A DNA stretch of 59,690 bases, the filler included, from Jimgerdemannia flammicorona (Eukaryota), in NCBI GenBank assembly GCA_003990765.1. It is 2 parts of 2 records of this genome, joined end to end, with 100 filler letters (N's around TTAATTAATTAA, not from the genome) between each part and the next. Parts side by side here need not be neighbours in the genome. Positions count along the whole stretch, not along the records: positions 1 to 29,800 come from RBNJ01000470.1; 1 more part is not named here. One strand, 5' to 3'. The position numbers and the translations under genes were made by a program. The notes under the pieces are model-generated. The model was given only the letters and a program-made list of their open reading frames with translations, did not search any database and was not told where the DNA came from. Of the stretch, positions 1 to 12,570 are shown one piece after another (positions within the stretch are counted from its first letter, which is position 1; the number at the start of each line of letters is the position of its first letter).

Positions 1-36
<36 letters not shown>

Positions 37-38
<2 letters not shown>

Positions 39-930
39 ACTAACCCCTGCCACTCTAAAGAGAATGACAGGCAAAGAAAAAAACTCTTATCACAGTACCT
101 CATAGTGGATAGGGTCTGGTTCTCTCAGATGAGATGAGTAGAGGACTTATATATGAGGTGAGAGGAGACCCCCAATATCCCACTACTCAAGCCTGCAGGC
201 CTTGATTACATTGCTATATAAGCTCTCAGTTCTAGTTAAGTATAGCCAAGATGCCTGAAATGGGTAGCCTTGGGCCCCCCAACCCCCCCCTAATGACCAG
301 GGTCCAATCTGCCAAATCACCAAAAGAAGCTGAGAGTGTTACCTACTACCTAACTACTCAGCACTAATCAAAAGGTCCCACTAAAGCAGCACTTACCTCA
401 ATCCTGACAACTGCCCCCAGCCTGGTACCCTACTGGTTTACTGTTATTATCCTTCCTCCTATCTATGATGGCCATCTCTTCTCCTATCCTGACAATATCC
501 AAAAAAACAGTTACCTATACCAGAACTGTACTTGCCGGGAAGCTCACCAAAGTCAGAGGGTCCCACTATAGGCATTGAGGACCTGCAGGTAATCTATACT
601 AGGCACTTGACACCCAAGGTCAGCCAACTTCCTACACAGTCTGTGATGCACCAAGACAATACCTTGTTGATGATAGCAAAAGGAAGAAAGTGCCATACCA
701 AAATGAGTATACCCCAGATATAGCCAAAGGTATTAGAAACTGTGAAAAAGTAAAGAAGACACTGATCCAATACTAATAAAAGAACAACTCATCACCATTA
801 CCTCCCTCTCACTACTCTGCAACAAGTACAGCAAACCAATCTAAGGTAGAGGGAGTAATAATTATGGAAAGTAGACTTGGAAGATTGTCTACCAAATCAT
901 TGTGATCAGTAAGATAGCAGAGAAATATAA
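37..930 (-). mobile_element. Partial copy of a ~1.2-kb non-coding retroposon-like repeat (second copy at 49793-50979)
   Basis: Colinear similarity to 50095-50975 (e.g. ggatagggtctggttctctc...gaggtgagaggagac; aagctcaccaaag...gacctgcaggtaa). Both copies end at the same right boundary (..gcagagaaa/..gtagagaaa). Left end is cut by a poly(A) run at the window start. Confidence 0.75.
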
Positions 931-2977
931 ATAATTATAAAGAGTTATATGAGAATAATAAAAGTATCTTCTACTTTATATCTGATAATAATGTGAGATA
1001 TATACTACTTGCTATATTATATAATATATTTTGTAGAGAGATTATTTAATCTCTAACTCTGATTTTCAAATACTAATCACTATTCAAGTTATACTCTTGC
1101 CTTTTGATCTTTAGTTCTAGTTTATACTATACTATATTATTAAAAAAAATATAAATATAAAAGATATTATAATAAATATATTATCATGGGTTAATTTATA
1201 TATTGCTATTCAATTAACTAGATTTTATGAATAGTGGAATCACCTGTCTAGATCCATGTTGATGCATCCAATGTCTGAGGTTTTTATAAATTGATATTTT
1301 ATAATTTCATTAGCTAGCTTAATATGTCAAGACTAGTATAGTTATCTCACCAAAAAATATTTACTAGTTTCAATATCATTTGTTAAGATAATAAAAAAGA
1401 TTTAATATTTGTAATTAAGAGATCTATTCAATAGTTCATTTTTAGACTCAAGAGACCACTTTATATAGGAGAATTTCTTAACAAATATATTGTGAAAAGT
1501 CTGACTATAAAGATATATTTATAATTAATTATAATGAGATATTTGGCTAAGCAATATAAGTGAGATAGTAAGATGTATTATAACTAATAAGAGAGATAGC
1601 TGGGAGTAATAGTAAAGTTGTACTTATATGTTTTATAGAAGAACAGAGTTACTTCTATATTTCAACCATACCTATATTTAAACCAATTACCTATATATGT
1701 AACTATAATTCTGACTACTATAGAACTAATATCTGATCTCTATCCTTCTATCTCTCCAAACATAATCTCTATATTATAATATTTATCAGCTAGTATATAC
1801 ATATATATCCAAGTTCTGACCATCTCATAATTAACAAGTATGAGCTTAACAGCCTATACAATACTTATATCTAATACAATAATAATAGGCCTGAGGCTGA
1901 GTATAGTGAGTAAGATAGTCTAGATAGTAATACTAAATTAGAAGAGAATAGAATGAAGCAAAGAGTAACAATAAAACTAATAGCAATAATACTTATGACA
2001 GTACAAGCCAGATTGAGCAATTTGAAGACACTCCAGATGCTATTGAACATGGCAGAAGTTATAACAGTCTAGTAAATCAAGATGGTAAAAGAGATGAAGA
2101 TAAAAGCAGAGATGAGGATAATATTATTAAGTAAGAATAGTTTACATAAGATATGAATATGAGGGAAAAAGTACTTGAAATTAACAGTAAACCCACATCT
2201 AATAAATAACTCTCCTTCACTCATATTAAAACTATATATCTCATTCTTTATCTATATCCCTCCCCAATCCTTAAATATAAGAGTGTAATAGAGATATAGT
2301 AGCATATGCCCCTGAAGGCAAGCAATGGGAATTATATAACTAATAGTCTCTGTGGACACCTATTTCAATATGCTTTACAACTACTTCAGTATTCATTAGC
2401 AATCTTTTATAGATTTCTTTAATTAAAAAAAAAAAAAAAAAAAAAACTTTTTTTAACTGTATGGAATAGAGAGAATCTCAATCTATAAATTTGTACTAAT
2501 GAGAATTACTCAAAGAACATAGTCAAGAAACTTACTTAAATGGCAATAGTCTAAATATCAATATACATTGAGATCAGACCCCAAATACTCTAAATCTTTT
2601 AGTTGTTAGTTACTCTCAAAGTAAAAATTCAAACTAATCAATAGTAATCTTATCTATACTTTTTCTTGAGCTTGAGTAAAAGATTGACTAATTAATATAA
2701 AGATATTTATCTTAGTATTAAGCATATATATATACTAATTATGGAGTCATAGATAAGTAATGTAGAACAAAGAACTTATGAGTGAAATAATCTTTAAAAA
2801 AAAGAGATTATAAGAATATAGTCTTATAAATAAATATAAAGTAATAAATTATTCTAATATTATATATAGTTATGTTCTGAGTTTATTCAAATATAATATA
2901 ATTTATTTATTTTTTGTTTTTTGTTTTTTTTTTTATAGTCACTCAGACTTTGCCATTTATTACTAGTCTATATATAA

Positions 2978-5900
2978 TTACATTAACTCCTCCCACTATC
3001 CAATCTCTATAAGAGAACCTCCCCTCCCCTCTCACTCTTTCATACTTAAAAATTACCCTATCTCCCATAACCCCAACCCTCCCCCCACTCTGTCTGTATA
3101 TCTTTTCTACTAAATGACATTATTGACTATTCTGCAGTCTCTATCTACACTATTAATCTATAAAAGTATCCTCTATCAATTCTTCTCATTGTATTAGTCT
3201 TACCTCTAAGCCTAGACATCTTTCATCCTCAAATATATATATCCAGTAATCTGCCAACCCTACCCATACAGCCAGCACCCATCCTAAAGTAAGTCATTTC
3301 TTCTCAACCCCTCTCATCAGTCTATCTTATAGATCCTCCCACCAACTCCTCACAACATTCCCCCTCTATATGACACCCAATCTCTTCCCAACTACTATCT
3401 AAAAGTCACTGAGCACCTTATACTCCCCTAGCCAATGTTCAGACATCTATATAAAACCCCCTTCCTGTCTAACATTATAACACTCCTCATAGTCAAAGGT
3501 TCTCCCTTCTACTAGATGATCAGAGCAAAAGTTGAGCATGATATTTCTCTTCAACATATACTACCATACTACCCAGTACTTTAGTGACAGCTACTGCTGA
3601 ACCTTAGTACTCTAGTTCCAGATCCTATTCCAGTCCCACTCTTTGCCAATACTCACCAACTGTTATCTGCTGGGCCACAGATCCTGCCCCAATCTTCTCT
3701 GGTATTTAACCCTATCACTAATATCAAAGTTACTAAGGAGAGTGCTCCCCAGCAACACTCGGTCTCATCTCTATATTGCTGGACCCCAAGGCCTTTCTCC
3801 CTCATCTCCCTGCCAAAAAAAATGCCAATGTAGTGCACTCCACCAGTAACTCTCTACCAGAAGTCCTTAAATTATATATACCCATTGTTCTGAAGCCCAA
3901 CTAAGGACAAAAGATCTCCTGTAGATCCTCTTGGTGAGGACCTCATCTCCCAGACTTTCTTCAATAGAGGAATCTAGCTGCCTCCCTCCAGCTCAATAGC
4001 TCTCTTCAGCCACCATACTCTCAGGTAGTGTAATCTCTTCAGAAAGTCAACCAGCCCAAGTTCCCCTCTAGTTACTAGTAGGGACAGAATTTCTCAGTTA
4101 ATCTGACTTCTCCTCTCTGCCCAGATCCACCTCTTGGCTAGTTTCAGTAGTCTCTTCACCACCCAGGCTGAGAAGTCCAGATGATATATCAGATACTACA
4201 ACTTTGGCAGCCAGTAAGTATTCAAGATAGAAATATACTCTGCCAGAGACAAGTAGTGGCCTCCCCAGCTTTACAGGGCCTCTCCCCAGATAACTACTCA
4301 CTACTCCCATCAGAGTTTTGGAAGAATGGACCCATATACTGACAGATAGATGCCCAAGTACCTCACTGCCTCTCCAGCAGGGACAATTGTTCCAATGACC
4401 TCCCCCCCTACTAGGCCATTACTCAGTACTATTTTTTCACACTTGTATCAATTGAGCTTTATCCTAGAGTACACCTCATACCACTTCACAGTCTCTTTGA
4501 GCTCCTCAATATCAGCAATTGAACCCAGACTGACTACTATATTATTTGCAAAAGTACCAACTTTCCACTCAATGCTATAAATCGAAAGCCCTCCTATCTT
4601 CTGCCAAATTCTATCCATTAGAGGCTCTAAGAAGAGTGCATACAAAATGGGAGACAGTGGATCCCCCTGGGGAATACTCCTACCTAGAGGGAAAGCCACC
4701 CCTCTATGTCCATTACACATGATCACAGCTCTGCTTCCTTCCAGTAAGCTGACCATTACTACTCAGAACTGATGAGAGACTCCAATTCTATCTAGTATCT
4801 TTGCCAACCAGACCCTCCAAACATGGTCATATGCCTTCTCCTAATCCAAGAAGACCAGGCACCCATCCAATCCACAGGCCCATACCCCTTCAATAATACC
4901 ATATATCCAAGCTGTGCCATCTCAAATGAGTCAGCCTCTGACAAATCCCCACTGCTTCTCCCCTAAGATCTGTTGGACTATCTTCTGCAGCCTCACTACT
5001 ACTATCTTAGTAATCAACTTTCTGTCCATATCCAGTAGCATGATCAGCCTTCAGTTCCTCCAGTCCTCCCTCCTGCCCTTATTCTTATACAGCAGTGCCA
5101 CCAGCCCCAGATCCTGCTCCCCTATCCATCTTCTGGACTGCAGTACCAAGTCACAGAGTGCTCTCAGCTCTTCTAGTATACTGGAGATATCCACTATCTT
5201 CTTCCAGAAAGCTCAGGACAGGCCATCCTCCCCTGATGCTGTGCCCAACATAGTTGTGGTAAGAATCTGGTAAATCTTCTCCTCCTGCACTAGCATCACC
5301 AGATTGCTCAGCCCTTCTGCCTGAAGTGGGTGTCAATTCTCCAAGATAGTACCAATGGAGGCATCTTCTGCCCCACCCTCCTCCTTACTCTACAAGCCAC
5401 TCTACTGCTCCTTCAGTAACCTAAGAATGTCTTGTATACCATACATCAATGTCCCCTCAGAATTGGGAATCCCCTCCCACCTCTACTAAACCCTTCTTAT
5501 CTGAAGAGCTCTTATGAGAAACTTAGAGGGCCTCTCTCCTTCCTCCAGCCTCTGCCAACAAAGATGTACTGCCACACCCTGCATCTACACTTTCTCCTCC
5601 TCTTGCAGTACCTGTTGCAACTCCATGACCTCCTTTTATACCTGTAGTAATCTCCAATCCTCTACCCCCTCTAGGGCTACCAAACCTACCCAATCTTCCA
5701 ACAGCCTTATCAATCTAGCAGAGGCCCACACCCTCTTCTTCTTTCTCTGTCTCCCAGCTGCCACACCTGCCTCCCTCCAATAGACCCTAGCAGTCTTCTT
5801 CAGCCTCACTCACCTAATACTAACTGAGACACCTTTCCTTATCCACCCCTCCACTCTCTGCCTAATATTCTCAGCCCACCTGTCCCATAGTACCTTATCA

Positions 5901-6663
5901 TCCACCAGGGAGAAGTTGAGGCACCAATGTCCTGGTCTATTCCCACTTCTCTCAAAATGTCCCTGACTCAGTAGTCTCTAATAATCAGACCATAGACACC
6001 ATTCTGCCTCCAGAGACCCCCAAACATCCAGACCCCAGCAGTCTACAGTCAAAATCCAGTTGATCCTCATTCCTAGGCCACTCACTCAATGCATATATAT
6101 CCTTCTGTCACCTTATAGCTCTCTGCCAGCATCCACCAAAGCACTCAGCCTCTCTACCTCCTCCCATACCTCAAAACCTCCACTCCTCCCCTTCACTCCC
6201 TGCCCTCTATCAGTTCTATCTAACAGTGCATCTCTGACCATATTAAAGTCTCTACCAAGTATATTCACTACAGTCTCTGCCAGAGGCCCTTCCTCCCAGA
6301 GACCCTCCACCCACACTACTCATTCACCCCTTACCACAGGACAGTAGTAGAATCCAACTATAATCAGTTCCCACCCAGTATGAATCCACTCCCCCCAGAC
6401 CAGCCTGTCTCCCCAGTTTTGCACATCCTGTATCTCCCCTCTGCCTTTCCTGACCAGAATCTCAACTTTGCCTTTCCAAACTGCCTCCCCTCTTCATTTA
6501 TTTATCTATTCCAGTTTATCCAAATCATCCTTGTACCTGATATCCTACAAAAGAAAGAGATTGGCCTCCAATCTCTTCAGCTAAGCAAAAATGTTCCATC
6601 AATAAAACAAACCCTGGAGCCCATTCACATTTAAAGAGAAAATGTTGGTTGTACTATTTATAA
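2978..6663 (-). pseudogene. LINE ORF2 (APE endonuclease + reverse transcriptase), many premature stops
   Basis: SLNVNG near 6630, ILGRDFN (6113-6316), PQGDPLSPILYALFLEPL and FANNIVV (decayed FADD) in ORF 4448-4756. Confidence 0.85.
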
Positions 6664-6727
6664 GAAGTAAAATATAATAGTAAGTGCATTCTCTACTACT
6701 CCATGTTTATCTCCTTCTGAGCTAGGT

Positions 6728-8649
6728 TCAGATCATATTCTGCAACTTCCTCCTCCTCTTTAGTCCTCTTAGCCTCCAGTCTAACCAGAAGTTCAGTAAG
6801 CTTCCCATTCTCCTTCTCCTTGAATTCCTCATGATATTCCAGGCAGGCCTCCTGCCAGAGCTATAATCCATACCACTCTGCCTAACAGAAAGCAGCCCTC
6901 TCACCAGCAGCAGCTGCCAGCCCAGCCTCCCTCTCCTTATCAACCTCATATCCTTCCTTCTCTAGGAAAATTGCAAGGATCTCAGCCTTCAGTACCTCCA
7001 CCACTCCCTTGCTATACAGAACATATGTCCAATACTCATCACTTATCACTTGCAGATCCACCTCCTCCAACTCCTCTGCCACAAAGTTATTCATCATCCT
7101 ACACATCCACAGTAGATTTCCCACCTTCTTCCCCCTGGAAGTTGCCAGCCACCCTCCATCTAGTATCAAGATATCAGTCTCTGCACTCACAGCCTCATCC
7201 TATACCTCCTCTTGAATATCCACCAATTCATCCTTACCTACTGCCACTACTCACCCCCCTTTCACTATCTCAGGAACTTTAAAGTGTATGTATCCACTGG
7301 GCTCTCTGCATGGGCACATCCTCTGCCACCCTGTCTCTTGAAGCTAGACCCTATCAAATAAGAGGCATAGGGATCAGGGATAGCTCCCAGACCTCAAAGG
7401 TGCCATCTGTATAAGGATTACCTCTCTTTATCTTCTCTCTCTCTCCTACTTCCTTCTCTGCATTCTCTCTATCCTCACTGGTCCAGATACTCTCCTTGGC
7501 TCCCCTTATATTCTCAACATTATCAGTATCCATCTTTGCCCTGCTTTTCAGTTTCACCAACAGCTTCCTCTGCCTCTTACATCCTTGAGCTCTTTCCCAC
7601 CACTTCTTATCTATCTGAATTCTCTTTCTATTCACTACTTCCAAATGTGTCAACTTGATATACATCTTCCAGGCCTTAGCCTTCCACTCTACAGTACTAC
7701 TCAGCTCTTTCAATACCTCCAGCAGATCCTCTTCCTCCTCCTTGCTCCCCTTCACCCTTATCACTTTGTATAAGAAAGCCCCTCAGACCATTACTGAAGG
7801 CCGGTTCCTAGCCTTCCTGGTAGCTTCCTTCCCTACCAACTGAATATGAATATCAATATCTCTAGTCCTAAATGAGGTCTCCTCTCAGACCCAGAACTCA
7901 ACATTGACCACCTTGCTATACTCAGCCATGACCTCCACAACTCTCCTCCTTGTCTCCTCAGCAGTCATCATAGGCACTCTCTTAACCAGCAATTACACCA
8001 CCCTGGGGTCTCACCTCAAGCAATATGCCATCAGAACATACACCTCACTAACTATTAACCCCACCCTCAGAGTCTCCTCCAATGGTCCAGCCTCCTCAAA
8101 GCCAACCTCCACTCCTTCTAGTCTCTTCAGGAACTTCATGAACACTGCTCCAGCCACCTGCTTAGCAATTAGCCCTAGGACCATTTTCACTGTCACTGCT
8201 AAGTTCCAGAAGTACAAAGTGATGGTGAACTCTGAGATCAACTTCTTGAGTAACAGAGCTACTACCAGTTCTGTTACACTATCTGTCAAATCACTAGGCC
8301 TCATGCCTTTCTCACTGCTCAGTTCACCATCAGCAGTCTCATCTAGATTTTTTTCCTGATCACCTATTATACTCCCATCAGCAGTTACCCCCTCAGCCCC
8401 TATACCACCAGCTCCACTACTCTGGCCCCCCAGAGAGACTCCCCCTTGAGGCTGCTGCTCTGAAGTCTTTGTTGTCTCCTTACCCCTTCTAAGCCAGCCC
8501 TCTAGCCCAGCTCCCTGCTGACCTCCCTTTACCTTATCTGTAAAGCTCATCCTCTCTGTCCTCTGATCTCCAGTACTGCCCCCTCCCCTATCATATTCTC
8601 CTGCCAGCAGGCCCCTCATATCTCTCCCCAAGCCAGGGCCCCTCCCCAC
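6728..8649 (-). pseudogene. LINE ORF1, fragmented
   Basis: Minus-strand ORF fragments 8011-8649, 7354-7764 and 6882-7190 lie upstream of ORF2 and are homologous to 48011-48627 and 20551-21177. Confidence 0.7.
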
Positions 8650-9427
8650 ATACTGCCAGTCAAATATATTCAGACCACCCTACCCAGTATATATCTCAGA
8701 ATACTCATCAGTTACCATAATATTAGTAGCTTTTCTTCAGAAACTATGTATGTTGAAAGTATTGTCAAAAGGTTGTATAATCTGAATGTTACCAGAGAAA
8801 AAGGTGTGATATAATTTATTTATTATTAATATTTTTTATTAAGAGTTTTTTTTTTTTTTTTTTTTTTTATTTCAAAATGAAAGATAACTGCTTATTATAG
8901 CAGTATCTAGATTGAATTAGAATATAAATGATCTAAAAGTCAAAATAAGTAAAATATAAGAAAATATTCTATTTTATATTATAAATTACATTACATATAT
9001 AATATCTATATACTTGAATATATACAATAAGTATTCAAATATTTATTAGTTTTAATAATATCTATTCTTTACTAGTTTTGCATATAGTGAATGAAATCTA
9101 CAGTAGAATGACTTTGTATTGGTTCATTTTGAATAATATTAATATAACTATATAATAATTCAGTCTATTATAATAAGATATCACTAATATTGACAATACT
9201 TATAAACAGAAGTAATATTATAAGTAGTGTATAATCAAGAGAGAGTGAAATACCAATAAATGTAGACCAGAAATAGGGGACTTATATATATGCTAGATTT
9301 TTTTCTTTAATATATTCCATCAATCTAGTAGCTAAAAGACATAGAATTATCTAACTCTGATCAAATCCATAACTCTCTTTTAATTTTTATTTATGGTATT
9401 TTTATCAAACTACTACTCTAAGAGAAG

Positions 9428-9468
<41 letters not shown>

Positions 9469-11001
9469 CAGCAAGCTGACAGTTAGAGTGAATATATATA
9501 ATTATATTAGAAAGAAGTACAATCTGAGCATTCTTTCTCCAGTAATATTCAGATTACACAATCTTCTGGCAATACTTATAACTTTGTTTTTAGAGAAAAG
9601 ATACTAATAATATAATAACTGATAATATAAGAGAATTACTTATAAAAGTACCATTACATAGTTCTGAAGGGGTTTTCTGGAAGTTTTAGATATTCTGGAA
9701 GACTATTTTCTTTAGGTCAAGATCAATTTTATATGGAGTACATCCTCTACACTTATTGATTTCAAGATTATATTGATATTTCAACCAAAGTTCTTTTTTG
9801 AACTAGTTCTAGATGTTTAGGATTTTCTATATTTCAGGAAGTTTAAGAAACTAAAACTAGCTTAGTTGAATTGGTGTATCACTGCAGATAATACCTAATT
9901 AGGAAATTTCATAATATAGTTAGAAGTAGGACCTAACAGAGTGCAGATTTACTTAAGAGTAGTTTGTAGGTTATTAAATAGATTTATTTACTATTCATAA
10001 TATTGCTATACTAGAAGTGGTGTATGAAGGGATATTATGGAGAAGTGTTCAGGAGTTCTTATATTTGGATCTGTTCAAGTCTAAGTTTCTGAGGTTTGAA
10101 GAGAGAGTATTTATACTAATAGGAGACTATATGGACTAGGCTAAATATGGATATAGTACTTAGTATCTTACTGAGTCAGAATATAGTTACATAGTACAAG
10201 TGTGAACTGACATATCAAGAGATTGTCTGACTGTTGAGTCAGTATGCAGTTATATTATATAAGGCTAATCTAACTATACTAATAACTGCTAAGCTATCTA
10301 TAGATTTAGATGCTGTTTGAGTAATCTTTAATGATATCACTATTAATGATATTATCTCTGATAAAGTAGTTATCTAGAAAGAGTGATTCTTGGATTACTT
10401 CTCTCTATTTACTTAGATAATAATATATTGGGACCATATTACTATTCCACAGAATAGTATCATCTGTCTCATATGCTAAATATAGAGTTAGTAGATAAAG
10501 AAGGGATATATTATCATTGCTTTCATCAGATTCACTATCTGTATACCTTTTATAGATTGTAGTACTATATGTTGCTGGATTATAGTAAGCTGGGACTGTT
10601 CTTCATATTACTTATACTCAGATAGTAGAGTTGTTGGTTTGATCTTAAGGGTTCTCTGGAGGTACAGATTATATTCTCTAGTCTCTTTATTATAGTTGAA
10701 GTAGTTGAGTATGAATGTAGGTTAGTACTTGTACCAGTGATTGTTATCTCAATAGGTCTTGTATATGAACTATTGTAAGTTCATCAGTAAGATTGGTAGA
10801 GTGATCAGGGCTGGCAGAGATTCTTGGCTAGTGATTATATTAGTGTCAGAGATATTGTTATCTTCTACTTTATCATTATCAAACTAGATGATATTATAGA
10901 TATTCTTCATAGCATATCCAACTTGGGATATTTGTAGAATATGGTCATCAGAGTATAGAAAGGTTCTATCTGTAGTTTGAACATACTTGATATATTTATA
11001 G

Positions 11002-12570
11002 TATTATATAGTGGTCGCTGAGTCCTTCAAATATGTCAGATTCTCTTCAAGGTATATCTCTTAGACTAACTCAAGTTTGTTATAAGTAAGTTCTTATTGG
11101 AGTGCCTTTCCAAGATCTTATAGTCCTCAAACTTCTTATCTTTAAACTGTCTTATTATTTCTTTAGATTGCTTGCAAGGAATTATATATATTGTACTGAG
11201 TAGACTGACTTTATTTCAGAGGAAATAAGAGGAGTATTTATACAAAATATAATTCAATAGTTGCTAAGATATAAAGCTAAATATAAATTCCAATAACTAA
11301 AATAAAATGCCAGAATAGGGAAAAACTGCTAAGTTTCAGTGTTGGTACAGATGGTTGCACAGGGTCAGGATACTGGTATAATTTGGTAATATAGAAAAAT
11401 AGTACTGGAATAATTCAGTGTCATATCAGAATATCAGTAGTGGAACAGCTGTTACACAGGAAAAGAGTGCTGGCATAATTTGGTATAACCAAGAGACTTA
11501 GAGCAGAATATTCAAGACCATAGAAGCTTCATCCTTGTCAGAGGTCAGGATGTCTTTAAAGGAGATAAGATCTGTGAATGTCTCATCTATCTCATGGCAT
11601 AGATCATACATTTCGCATATATCATATGGGATGACATCATCACCAATGACATCATCACATTCAGTGGTAGTGGGAACAAGGAGGTCTGGAGCTCTCCAGT
11701 CTATGAGGTTTTCTTCTATGAAATAGGAGACAAATGTAGAGTCTTGAGGAGATCTAATCTAGATACTTGGGCCTTAGAATACTGAGATCAATCTTTATAG
11801 AAATTGGTCTGAGTTGTCCTGGAGGATAGGATGTCAGAAGTCTTCTATTTAATCACTATTGAGGGTGATAGTAGACTGGGCTTCTGTAGCCACTCTGGCT
11901 TCTAGTGCATTGATATGGTGGGCTGATAGGTCTCTGAAGTCTGAGACTCTAACATACTTCAAGTTGGGGATTGATCATAGTATATGCCTGAAGATCTGAT
12001 GAATCTTCTTAGCTATTCTTGCTTCACATATATCTATAGAAGTGGCATCTTGTAACTCTTGGAGACTGGCCTGTGGGAACTCTCAGCAGAGAAGGTTTTC
12101 TATCTTATACTTCTGCCACATTTAGAGGTATTCAGTAGCAATAGTGATTCTTGTTTCTATTTTATGACAGTAGAGAATATAATGATAAGGGTCACCAGTA
12201 CCCAGGTTGATACTAAGAGTCCTTCTTAAGCAGGTCCTCATGGCTCTTCTGATGTCTTGAAATATTCTTTCTTCAACTGAGGTACCTTGGTGATTCCTTG
12301 ACCTTGAGATTTGGTGAGCAGCAGGCATTTCATTTGTGATAAGTCTTTGAGCTATTTTGAGATTGATGGGCCTTATTGGTTGCTACTACTATAGTTCCTT
12401 GATCCTTCTTTTATATTTCTCAAGATACCTGTACTGTGGTCACAATAACTCACAGTTGGTCATTATTGCTCATCTTGTATGCTGTATGATCTTCTTGTGC
12501 TCTGATCTGGTGGCTTACAAGGAAAGGCTGTCTTCTGTGCTGATGTCATCATTCTGGGGTTACTGTTACA
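11002..12570 (-). repeat. 3' LTR of family A copy 1, containing a decayed LTR-ORF (11498-12328)
   Basis: Starts TGTAAC right after PPT AGGAGGAAGA on the minus strand; direct repeat of 18254-19821. Confidence 0.9.

Larger units (their letters stand above)
2911..8804 (-). mobile_element. Full-length, decayed non-LTR retrotransposon (LINE, APE-RT type, L1/Tx1-like), copy 1
   Basis: T-rich tail at ~2911-2934. ~19-bp TSD: tataatataatttatttat (2892-2910) vs tgtgatataatttatttat (8805-8823), differing by two transitions. ORF1 and ORF2 remnants; colinear with 42928-48781. Confidence 0.88.

Noticed and set aside
1080..2890. Traces of further retroelement coding sequence (e.g. IHVDASNV near 1250)
   Set aside because: Too decayed to define boundaries or family; not listed as a feature.
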